DNA from: Oopsacas minuta
Lineage: Eukaryota > Animalia > Porifera
Length of the DNA stretch: 64,000 bases
Assembly: GCA_024704765.1 (NCBI GenBank)
Contig: JAKMXF010000066.1
Span: forward strand, 500,495 to 564,494
Direction: 5' to 3'
Position 1 is the first letter of the stretch, and each line of letters opens with the position of its first letter. Position numbers and translations under genes: made by a program. Of this stretch, positions 53,133-64,000 are shown piece after piece. The notes below the pieces were generated by a model. The model did no database searches and had not been told where the DNA came from. It worked only from the letters and a program-made list of their open reading frames with translations.

Positions 53133-55591
53133 ATGGCAGGATTGGATAAAGTGAGTATTACTAATATCTAAACGAGGACTTTCCTTCTCTGCAAAATTGT
53201 TTTTTCTAGAATTCTGAATTGGATTTGACAGATCAATCATTGAAAGTTGAGATTTCTGATGCATTGAGTGAACAAGAAAAAGTCAAATTCACAATACACA
53301 CTAAGGTTATTTAATGTAATAAACAGCTGATGAGTTATTCTTATCTATAACTATACATCTAGACAACATTAAAGGAATTTAAAAAGCCAGATTTTACAGT
53401 AATTCGAGATCATGATGAGTTTATCTGGTTACACGAGGCATTCCTGGAGGACCAAACTCTACAAGGATTTCTTGTAAGGACTATTTAGTATACAAATCCT
53501 GTATCAATTATATTATATAATTATTTAACAGATACCTCCCCCTCCTCCTATTCCTGACTTTGAAGAACCAAGATACAAACTACAAAGATTAAGCGAGAGT
53601 AAGGATAATATATGTTACGTTAGTTCAGCGGTTACCTAACTTTTTAGGTTGGGAACCGCTGAGATAGTTGTTGACATCTGTAATTTATATAGAATTTTGA
53701 TAATTTAATTGTAGATGAGGCTACATACACCAAAGAGGAGAAGCATACATTTAAAGCAGAAATTGAAGCGTGAGTTCATTATTTATTTAAAATACTTGTA
53801 TTTTACTTAACAAATCTTAATCTCTGCAGGGAATATTTGGCTCTTTTCAAACGGACAGTGTCCCTACATGAAATGTTCCTTCAGAGGTTAGCAGCTCACC
53901 CTAAACTCAGGAATGATCATAACTTCCATGTATTTCTTGAATTTGATAAAGAGGTGAAGTACAGCTATTTTATTTGATATTTCCAAACTTTGAAACATTA
54001 TTTTCATTACGTATTTCCCTGATTATAAGTAAATTACAGATTCTTTGTTTGAGTATAGTTATCATTACGGAATAAGAACACTAGAGAGAGGATTAATACT
54101 ATCGTAAAAGGATTTTCGAAGTCATTTGATGAGAATGTTAAATTCAGAGATCACAAGGTTAGTTCATTTCTTATCACAGAGAACTAACAATATTTGTTTG
54201 TATTAGCTAATATGGGAGTTCATTCCTTTTATTAGGATGTTGATTCTGATTTTGAACAAGAGAAGACATTCTACAGTAAATATCATAACAAGTCAGTTAT
54301 TATCATTTACTTATATTAATATTATAGAGTATTATAATTTTTACTGTGCTCTCTCTCTAGTTTGGTTATATCTTCACGCAGTGCAAGAAAACTATCCAAT
54401 TCCCATTGTTCTGTAGCCATTGCTATTCTGCACGTGGCTAATAATCTCAAAGCACTGAGCACTATGGAATACACAGACTGTAACAGGTATTTCTTATACG
54501 TATACGTATATTACTAACTTCACGTGTTTGTTATATACGCTATTTAGAACTTTCCAGAAAGCAGGAGAAACACTAGAGAAAATAAGAGTAAGTATATGGA
54601 ATTAATTAGAGAATGTATACAGGTTACATTCATGCATTCATAACGTTACACTATTCTCTCATAATTATGGGAAAAAAATTCAGCAATTCTGGTTGTTGCT
54701 AATTATATAACGTTATTACCAAGACTAATACAGTATAAGCATTTCTCGCTTATAGAAACTAGAACATAGAGCTGGATCAGATGAGGAATTGAAACTCGCC
54801 GATTTTCTCTCCTACTATGCTGCAGAATGTCAAGCAGCTCTTGACCTGTTACTCAGGAGAACAAGAGCATTTGCTTATGTTGAGAAGTCTAGCAAAGCTC
54901 TAGAAGGAGCTAGAGCTAAGAACAAAGCTATTGAAGCGGTATTGCTAATCTTGTTTGTAAATGTTATTGTTTGACAGATTGTGATTATATTTTTCTTTAT
55001 AGTCTGAAGCGATTAGATTGAAATCAGCTGAGGTATTCGAGACTATATCAGAAAATGCAAAAAAAGGTACAGTCAACTCGCATTATATCGAAGTCTGATT
55101 AATTATACAAATATAGTTCCAAACTGTCAAAGTAACCTAAATTCCGCGATAATATCGAAGTAAATATTGATGATTGTTAAAATGATAAATTTATATTCTT
55201 AGAATTGGCGGAATCAACTGACAGAAGAATTGAAGCTTATAGAAAATATTTGGTAAAGTTGATATTATCCATTGTTTATTATTATTATTATAGTAGAACT
55301 CGGATTAAACATACGCATACCCCCTCTAGAAACAAAAATAGTACGTATTAACTAATTAACCGAATTTCTTCCTATACAATTAGTATGAGAATAGAAACTA
55401 ACAGAGTTCTATCATAGAATTTATGTATATATGTTTACCAATGTAGGGAGAGTTAGCAGAACTACAAATCAAACATGCAAAGGTGTGAAGATTATTTTCA
55501 ACATGCAATCACATTCTATCTGACAAATTTGTTTATTTAGGCTGAAGTTAAAATTCTAAAAGAGTGTTTACAAACATGTGAAGATTTATAA
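53133..55591 (+). CDS. SNX6: Sorting nexin 5/6 family (PX-BAR), about 13 exons
   Basis: [20 protein letters not shown]; [10 protein letters not shown]; [22 protein letters not shown]; [12 protein letters not shown]; [11 protein letters not shown]. Confidence 0.9.
53626..53661. mobile_element. Minimal 36-bp hAT-like element (two TIRs only)
   Basis: CAGCGGTTACCTAAC-TTTTTAG-GTTGGGAACCGCTG; 8-bp flanks cgtTAgtt / agaTAgtt. Confidence 0.55.
55070..55160. mobile_element. MITE family A (right end lost), inserted at the TA of the splice donor
   Basis: AAG|G-TA-CAGTCAACTCGCATTATATCGAAG; intron 55067-55202. Confidence 0.75.
55291..55414. mobile_element. MITE family D
   Basis: TAGTAGAACTCGGATT ... 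GAGTTCTATCA-TA; SNX intron. Confidence 0.6.
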
Positions 55592-56448
55592 TATGAGATT
55601 ATCAGAATGTGATTAAAGAGATGGAGAAGAGACGTTATGTATATTAATGTAGTATTATTAATTTGTAGTATATCAGTATACGATAAGTAATAATAGAATG
55701 AATTATCTATTGTTTGTTAGATTATGTATCTCTTGAGAAAAATCTAATATATATTATACATAATTATAGTGTATGCGTTAAAACGGAACATTGTGTTACC
55801 TTATTTGACGATTAGATTTCAGTATTGGAGTGATTCTTCAATTATTGAAAGGAATCCTACTATACAATATCCATAGTCTTAACATTCCATGTAGACTAAA
55901 CAAATCACCGAACTTATAAATTCAGAAGCTTTATTCTCAAAGTTATGATATAGATATTTCATGAATACTAATTGTCTAATTTACATATTCTATGATTGAG
56001 AGAGAGACAAGAGAATAATAAAGGTAATCATATTTGAATTCAAAGCTATTTGTTGTTAGATTTACAGACATTACGGTTGATTGCAACATTGAATATTTTC
56101 AAAATTAATTATGGACACCTCACGAATTTGGACAAATTTATTTGCCAACTTGACAGAACTTTATATCAAAGTCAACACTTCCTAAGCAGATTTATATTCC
56201 AGCTCTAATATCTAATTTTACCTACGAATTGATCAGTGATTTCTTGGTATCCATTTTCATTTCTATACTTATCTATGCTACAAACAAATTTACTCGTATA
56301 TATATATATATATACATAGAGGTAAATAGTGCATATATTTGTATTGAAAATCATTGCTCGCTTCGCCGATTTATTAATAATAAAAATCTTTTTCCTCAAA
56401 AACAATTTACAAATCTCATAATTTATAGAAATAAAGTTTAGAAGTAGA

Positions 56449-59400
56449 ATGGGTAATACAAATGGTACTTGTAATCTGCAAGAAGATATTGAAAGAATTA
56501 CAGATGGATCACTACAAGCACATCTAAGGGAGATGTGCAGATGCCCTCAGGGGGGTACTTTCCTCCGAGATTATGCACAAACCCTGTTTACATTTAATTA
56601 CACACAGCCCTGTGGAGGTGGAGTATGCAACCAAACGGATATCGATAACATAATGGGAATTAACGATCAAGTTTTGAGCTATGAAGTTACAACTGACAAC
56701 TCTTCTCTATTGTATACTGCTAGCAATTTGTTTCCAATATGCTACGAGACATTTACTGGAAAACCTAATCAGGGGGTGGAAGCTCCGTTCTTGATATTTG
56801 TAGCTGCTCTCGTATATCTACTAGTCCTGCTGTACATGTTCGTAGGTGTAGCACTGATTGCTGACAGATTCATGGCATCAATTGAGGTAAGTACATACAG
56901 TATAACTGGAAAACAGGTAGCCTCTCGGGAAACGAAAATTATGACGTACTATCCAAGTTTGTCTTATCCGAATACTGATGTTATAAATGCACCGGAAATT
57001 TGGTTTGAAAGAAGTACAGTGAAATAATTCCTCTATTGCAAGTGGAATATTGCAAAACACGACTTGCAAAAATAGGCAAAACGTATCAACCAAGTGTTCC
57101 GAGTTCTACAGTGCAGTAATTATTACTAATATATTATTGAAACCTTCCTAAAAGGAAACATCTGCAAATCTGCAAATTGTTATTCTAATTCTAATTTATT
57201 GTAATTTTGGAAGTTAGCAGAAGTTTGCTAGATATGAATCATCCAGTCAATCACCAATTACTTCCCTAATTTAGCAACTATTTTACAGTACAACACATTC
57301 GTATTTGTACTTCTAGCAATAATTGCTTCTTCCACTGTTTCAGTACTGCTAAATAATATTGCTATATCTGGAGAGAATTGTATGGTCGATTTAAAATTAG
57401 AATATGAGTGAATAGATTTGAACAAAAGATAATTCATGTGATTTCATTATGAAATAATCAGGCTCCATAGAAATTAACTAGGTGATTTGACGTCATATTC
57501 GTGTGATTAATAGAGCGGAATTATATACCTTTGTTTAATAGGTTATAACCTCAGTAACACGAAAGGTTGAACTACCAAAAACTAAGCAAGTGATAGAAGT
57601 ACGTGTTTGGAATGATACTGTTTCAAATTTGACACTGATGGCTCTCGGAAGCTCAGCTCCGGAAATTCTCCTCTCCCTGATTGAGCTTGTTAGCACAGCT
57701 CCTGATTTCCTCGCTGGTTCCCTTGGTCCCAGCACTATAGTTGGATCAGCTGCTTTCAATCTATTGATAATATCAGCTGTTATCGTCTCGTGTATCCCTA
57801 AAGGGGAAGTAAGGAAGATACGAGGATTACTGGTGTTTGCTATTACTGCATTCTTCTCAATATTTGCATACCTTTGGTTGCTCATTATTCTGCTGGTAAG
57901 CACGTAATAGAACTACAATTTGACAAACAATAAAATTAGTGAAGAGTACTCGCTTTTATGGATTTGCAACAGTATTTCATTCAAGAATGTATTTTCACGA
58001 TTTCTTTTCTATTATATTAGGGATTCTCTCCCAATGTGATAGAAATATGGGAGGCATTAGTTACATTAATGTTCTTCCCTCTCCTGGTGGTAATTGCTTA
58101 CTTAATGGACAAGAAATTCTTCCTTTATCACTGCGTTAAGAGCATCAAGAAAGATAACCTTATCCTTAAGCTACAGTCTGGTATTATGGGTAGAGGAGAT
58201 GTGTCTCATGGTGTTGTACGGGCTACTAAGGCTGCCATTCTTGAAGAGGTTAGTTGAGACTGAATAGAATTAACATTAATTATATTAATACAGTCAACTT
58301 CGGTTATATCGAAGCTCAAGGGACCGCTGTAATTACGTCGATGTAACCGGTGAAATATATTACTTTGACGGTTTGGGAACATATTTGTACAACGTCAGAC
58401 TATATGACGGTAGTTGACTGTAATGACACTATTCTATTTGAATTTTAAAACTTGCTTAATCATTCTGAAATTTCCCAGTCATCCTCTCGTGTGAGAGGAT
58501 GACTATAACAAATGTTAATTCATTAGCAAATAATCATATTAACTTTATCAATATTATACATCTCTTAGAACTTTTCAGAATCTGATGTTGTTTTGAAGAA
58601 AATCAATAAACCTGTAAGTTATTTCTAATAATCCAACAAAATTCAATTTCTCTATTCAGAGTAAGGTATTCATGCGCAGGGACATATTTTGTATACAAAT
58701 GTCTCAATACAGAATTGCCTATTACATAGCATCGGTTGTGTAATTATTTCAGTAATCTCTCAAAATGTAAACAGTGGTGTTTACCTATTAGCAAGTTTTT
58801 CAGAGTCCATTTTGTATTGGAAATAATTCCTTCGCTTATTAGCAAGGAAATTCATGCAAATACGACTTGCTAATAGGCGAACTCCACTGTATCTACATAT
58901 TGCTATAATACATTATTTTGTTTCTAGATACAGTCTACAGATATTGTAAAGGATGACGAGGTTCCTCCTGAAACTCAGAGACTTGTATCTCAGGATGATA
59001 CTCATCTTGAGCAACAGTTAGAGAAGTTATTATTACATCGTGTAAAGATGGAGTTAAAACATAATGCTCCTGATAACGATAGTGATGAGATGGATCCTGA
59101 TGCTCAACAGGTTTGCATATTTCATACTTACCAATTTTCACTGCCAAACCCCTGTATTTCACATGATTCCACGTATTCAAAGTTATTAAGAAATACAGCG
59201 AAAATAGAAAGATTTTCCTGAGATTTTCAAAATATTGGCTTGGATAAGAAATGAATCCCGAATAATACATACATACTTTATTATATTTATTCATAATAGC
59301 GGATTGCAGAAACTCTCTCTCACAAGCTATACGGAACATCTCGTGCTGCTTACAGAGTAAATGCTACTAGATTCTTAACTGGAGGAAAGCGTGTTATTAG

Positions 59401-62400
59401 AACTAATCCATCTACAGATACTGGAGGAATTAAAATGAAGAATCTTGACACTAAATTTAGTCTTACTGAAGGACATACTGGCATAGGATTCTCTCTTGTT
59501 GAGGTCAGCTGTCTGGAGAATTGTGGACATATTGAATTGATTGTAGAGAGACAAGGTTAGTGTATTACAAAATCCAGTCAAATCCCGTCAATCTAACACG
59601 GATATATTGAAATATTTTTATTGAAGTAATTATCGTGTTCTCTTGAGCTTCGATATCACGAGAGCTGACTGTAATAAAACAAATTATTATTCAATTCATC
59701 TATTTCTAACTATTCATTACATGTAGGTGATGATAAGACCCGATTAGAGGTAGACTACGCAACAAAAGACATGGAAGCTAAAGCTGGAGATGACTATGAA
59801 GCTTGTTCTGGTACTCTTCTATTTGAATCTGGACAAATGGAGAATATTATTTCTGTTAAGATTGTAGATGATGATGAGTTTGAACCACTGAAAGATTCTC
59901 TGTTATTCTATCTAATCTAAGGCTTAGTGAGGTTAATAATGAAACAACATCTGCTAAGGTAAACATAGATGTAATTAATACGTATATACAGCAATAAGTC
60001 ATTGACCACGGTTATACATGCAATCTACAGATTCAATTCTTATATGTAACATTATTTCCAAACTGAAGTTTGCAATGTATATTATGATCGGTGAATGGAT
60101 CAACAGTATCCATCCCCAAATTTTGGCAAATATGAACATTTTCATCTCATGGTATTTTTGATAACACAATTCTACACTGAAACTTCCACAAACGGGACTT
60201 CGGCAGAATCTGGGGAACGTGGTAGCATTTTCGGCACCCTGTTTGTGGAGGTTTTACTGTAGTGTATTCCAATAAATGTTTACTATAAACCTCTATTAAT
60301 ACAATGTTATTTCTAGGATGAAATGCTCCCAGAGGATGATAGCAAAAACGAAGTATTACTGCTAGAGAACAAGTCTGAATGCATTGTATCTATACTAGAC
60401 GATGATCATCATGGAAAGTTTGAATGGCATAAGAAAGTATATGAATGCCAGGAATCTGATGGAGTAGTGTTTGCTAGAATTCAGAGGACAGAGGGAGCTA
60501 GAGGGCGGGTAAGCATGAGAGTTGTTACCATTAGGGGGACAGCTAAACCGGTATCTGATTACATACATGTTGATGAAATAATTACATTTGAAGATGAGGA
60601 GACATTGTGAGTTATCTAAATTATACAAAGATATATCTAAACTTTTGTCATAAAATTTTACAGTCAACTGCCGTTGTATCGAATCTCATGGGACCGCGAC
60701 AATTACTTTGACATAAGCGGAGTTTGGTATAATCGATGAAATATGTTACTTTGACTGTTTTGGACTTCGTTATATCTTGTGTGAGATATAATGAGAAGTG
60801 ATTGTGCTAAGTATTTTTCTGTTGTTTAAACGTTCTACAAGCCAAATCAAGACATTGCATTGTTCAATAATATAATTTGTTCATTGTAAACTTGATTATT
60901 TAGAACAAATTGGCTTTCTTCGTATCCTAGATATCAATTAATTATATTTCATGTCACTGTGTGTATTAAATAATTGTATTACAATTCTAACTCTTTGATT
61001 CTTTAATCTTCCTCCTTATAGCCGAGACATCGAGGTTAAAATAATAGATGATGATGAATACGAGAAGCAAGAAGAGTTTTATATCCGTTTGTCTAACTTA
61101 AAGGATTTGAATGAGACTTCTACTGGAGATGGAGCAGCTTTCTTAGGAGATCTTTTCAAGTGTACCGTAGAGATATCTGAAGACCATATATTCAAAAGTA
61201 GGACTGATAAGGTAGCTGATCAATTTATGGGACAGTGTAACCTCCACAAATGGGGCATGGGGTCTTTAGAAATGGGATCTCCTGGAAACTGAGTGAAAAT
61301 AAATAGAGCAAATTCATAGTTCCATATAAATAAGCCATTACAAACGGCGTAGAATTTATCTGTGTCTCTTTGTGGAGGTTTTTCTGTAAATACAAATCTC
61401 AAGGATAATTACTTAATAATTTTCATAACAATCTTAGACTGTATCTTGTAATGCACCAATTTAATCCCATGCTCATTTAGTCAAATTAGCGTAACATAGT
61501 TTGAAAAGCATCTAATGACACAATTAGCAACTTTTCGACACCAGAATGATGCTTATCATACCATTTTATTGCGTGCTCTATAATTGGATATATCGTTATT
61601 AATACTTACCCTTGTGATACTTACACAATTCTTAATTAGAATTTTAGTTCCATTTCATTTATAAGGACATGCAATATACTGAAACTATAGGGTTTAGTTC
61701 CATAATGATCTTTTTACTTTCAGTAATATGCTTCATTGATTACATATACCAACTTTGTGTCTTCCACAAATTCTTATATTATTAGAACATACATAGTAGC
61801 TGTATTGTTCTTTATGGTGGTTTGGTTGGAACATGACTTCACCAGGAATACCAGCAAATCAATGAATTATGAATTGTTTTACTGTTTCGATGTTAAAACG
61901 GATGACATTTGTGACCTACACACCATGGCATATATACATGTAGTACATAGATATTTGGTTCTGCAATTTCTTGATTGGGAAGTTTATTGCAGATCTTTAC
62001 TTACTGACTTCCATTTATCTTGATAATTTGCTTATAGATTTAATAATTATCCTTATGATGTATCTTTGTATAGATTCTGTCTAACATCAAACTCGGAACA
62101 AAGCTAGGCACACGCACATGGAGACACCAGTTTAAAGACGCTCTATATCCCAATGGAGTACCAGATCCTGAAGATATCACCATGGGTAATCCACCTAAAC
62201 CTACCATCCTTGATTGGATCCTGCATATACTTAGTTTCCCATTCAAGGTATTTTCATGGCAACCCCCCCAATTCTTCGATATTAATTTTTATTTACTTCT
62301 TTTAGATATTATTCGCATTGGTTCCTCCTCCCTCGTATTTATGGGGCTGGCCTTGTTTTGTCATATCAATAACAGTTATTGGTTTATTAACAGCTGTTAT

Positions 62401-63248
62401 AGGAGATATGGCAGGTACATTTGGTTGTAGTATCGGTCTCAGGAACGAGGTTACTGCTATAACTCTTGTAGCTATAGGTACAAGTCTTCCCGGTGAGTAG
62501 ATACTTAAAATGATTTCCTGTTTTATCGAGAGTTTACTGTACTTCAAGCAACATACGTATCTGCTTACACACAATTATTCAATCTGTAACCATGGATATA
62601 TGACCTAATCTCTTCTCTATTCTCCAGATACATTCGCTAGCATGATAGCAGCTACTAATGACGATACAGCAGATAACTCTATAGGGAACATAACGGGTAG
62701 TAATTCTGTGAATGTATTCCTTGGAGTTGGATTAGCATGGTGTTTAGGTGCTCTCGTGCATGCTATAAAAGGAACTCCTTGTGGGTTCGTAGTACCAGCT
62801 GGGTCTCTTGCGTTCTCAGTGCTTCTCTTCTGTATTTGTGCTGTGATCTATATTGGAATTATTGTCTTTAGAAGGTTAGTTTATTATTGCATTATTATCA
62901 GAAATTATGCTAAAGTGAAACCTCCCTTCCACAAACGCCTTTATAGATTAAGACACCAAATTTGACATGTATACTCCTAGTGACATCTAGTTGTGCACCT
63001 GACAAATTTCCTATATGTATATTTTCACACCTTTTGATAACTCTGTATTTTTTACTCTTGTACGTATTTTGATATATAATCTCTTCTCTCTATCTAATTA
63101 CAGAGTAGTGAAGCCAGTAGCAGGAGCAGAGCTAGGAGGACCTCTAATAACACGTATTCCTACCAGCATAATCCTAGTATGTCTATGGCTGTTCTACATC
63201 GTGTTATCATCTCTACAGACTTATGAAATCATTAATCCTCCTTTCTAA
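56449..63248 (+). CDS. Na+/Ca2+ exchanger (SLC8A/NCX family) with two Calx-beta domains; about 13 exons; apparent 1-nt frameshift near 59886
   Basis: ADRFMASIE|VIT..VWNDTVSNLTLMALGSSAPEILLS (alpha-1); SRAAYRVNATR; two Calx-beta domains; AIGTSLP|DTFAS..NITGSNSVNVFLGVG.AW (alpha-2); GAELGGP..LWLFYIVLSSL. Confidence 0.93.
58291..58420. mobile_element. MITE family A
   Basis: TA-CAGTCAACTTCGGTTATATCGAAG ... GGTAGTTGACTG-TA; NCX intron. Confidence 0.85.
58772..58889. mobile_element. MITE family B (reverse orientation)
   Basis: CAGTGGTGTTTACCTATTAGCAAGT ... ACTTGCTAATAGGCGAACTCCACTG-TA; NCX intron. Confidence 0.85.
59575..59671. mobile_element. MITE family A
   Basis: CAGTCAAATCCCG ... TTGAGCTTCGATATCACGAGAGCTGACTG-TA; NCX intron. 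Confidence 0.75.
60175..60259. mobile_element. MITE family E (CAGTGAAACCTCCACAAAC-type TIR, TA TSD)
   Basis: TA-CACTGAAACTTCCACAAAC ... GTTTGTGGAGGTTTTACTG-TA; relatives at 61233-61386 and right ends at 14781 and 45607. Confidence 0.75.
60661..60775. mobile_element. MITE family A (right end degraded)
   Basis: TA-CAGTCAACTGCCGTTGTATCGAA..GGGACCGCGA..TAAGCGGAGTT; NCX intron. Confidence 0.75.
61233..61386. mobile_element. MITE family E
   Basis: CAGTGTAACCTCCACAAA ... TTTGTGGAGGTTTTTCTG-TA; NCX intron. Confidence 0.7.
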
Positions 63249-64000
63249 CTCGTGCACACACACGCATATACTACTGATAATATCTTCTCACTGTTTAGCC
63301 GGACTATATTTACCCATATATTCACTAGTCTATAATTCTCTAGGTAGCTTATTGTGTGCATTTTATCTCTGTATGATATTAGCTAATCCTCTAGTGCTAA
63401 TGAGTAATTCACATTTTGTTATACGCATTATGATTTTAGTTAGGAACAACTTTATGTTTATGTTTGGGATTAATTGAATTTAACCTTTAGAATCAACAAA
63501 TAGAAGATGTAGTAATTTACACTATTTCTGTATATGGTATTCGTATTAACTCATAATATTCTTATAGCATTAAAGGGACTAGAATTTACGAAGTACGGTT
63601 TTCTGCTCTACAAATTAATATTCAATCAACTGAATAATAGCCACACTATTGTCTTGTTGGACAGTGGATAGATAATTCTATGAATGCATTGCTACTAAGT
63701 AGTTTGTATATCAAAGATTTGTATGCTATATGCATTGAAATTTATCTGTAAATACAAGTCTCTCCGGGATCCCCGTCAATTCATATACAATGAATATTAT
63801 CTGAGTTAATACGTAACGGATACTGCAATATGGTATTACATTTCCTTGATATACTAGTAGTTTAACCAGAATTAGCTGCAAATATACTTATATTCATCTC
63901 TCCATTCAATCCTACAAAGGGTATTCATTTAATTCGTAACTCTTAGAATATTTGTATTATATAAGTGAGATAAGCCTCAAATGCTACTATAAATGTTCAA

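Noticed and set aside
61212-61292. ORF-track extension VADQFMGQCNLHKWGMG... of an NCX exon
   Set aside because: It is intron read-through into a family E MITE; the donor at 61212 joins in phase to the exon giving FKSRTDK|ILSNIKLG.
10785-63248. A Ca2+-handling cluster (NCLX, calmodulin-like, NCX)
   Set aside because: The genes are tens of kb apart, separated by many unrelated genes, and NCLX and NCX are distant subfamilies; there is no evidence of co-regulation.
1-64000. tRNA, rRNA, snRNA genes and U12-type introns
   Set aside because: GTTCGA hits belong to MITE ends or coding sequence; no cloverleaf, rRNA-like segment, AT-AC or GTATCCTT donor was found by eye.

Overview
AT-rich eukaryotic (animal) genomic DNA with about 30 tightly packed protein-coding genes. 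Genes are either intron-rich (short GT-AG introns) or completely intronless. The style (compact AT-rich genome, NHL-propeller and orphan 7TM genes, adhesion GPCR, ciliary genes) suggests an early-branching metazoan such as a glass sponge; this is inference only. Recognisable genes: UPF1-like SF1 helicase, RNF10, WDR92/DNAAF10, NCLX (SLC8B1), a metallophosphoesterase, JTB, an F-box/RCC1 protein, an LRR-EGF receptor, a FAAH2-like amidase, a WSCD-like sulfotransferase, a bacterial-type amidohydrolase, an adhesion GPCR, ARPC3, SPMIP11/TEX49, a calmodulin-like protein, a TTF1/DMTF1-like Myb protein, SNX5/6 and an NCX Na/Ca exchanger. Strongest leads: (1) a single MBT methyl-lysine reader fused to an LRRC28/LRRC58-type Elongin-BC/Cullin-box plus Cys module; (2) four tiny Maf-like bZIP genes that all lack the invariant basic-region Asn and share a 2-residue-shorter hinge; (3) a 43-copy 21-bp minisatellite between two apparently identical 165-bp direct repeats; (4) a TA-flanked MITE family whose 15 clear copies all lie in introns; (5) a 4-exon membrane-protein gene that the ORF track misses; (6) a 1-nt frameshift in the NCX gene. 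No rRNA, tRNA or CRISPR array was seen. Splice models and repeat boundaries were read by eye and may be off by a few bases.
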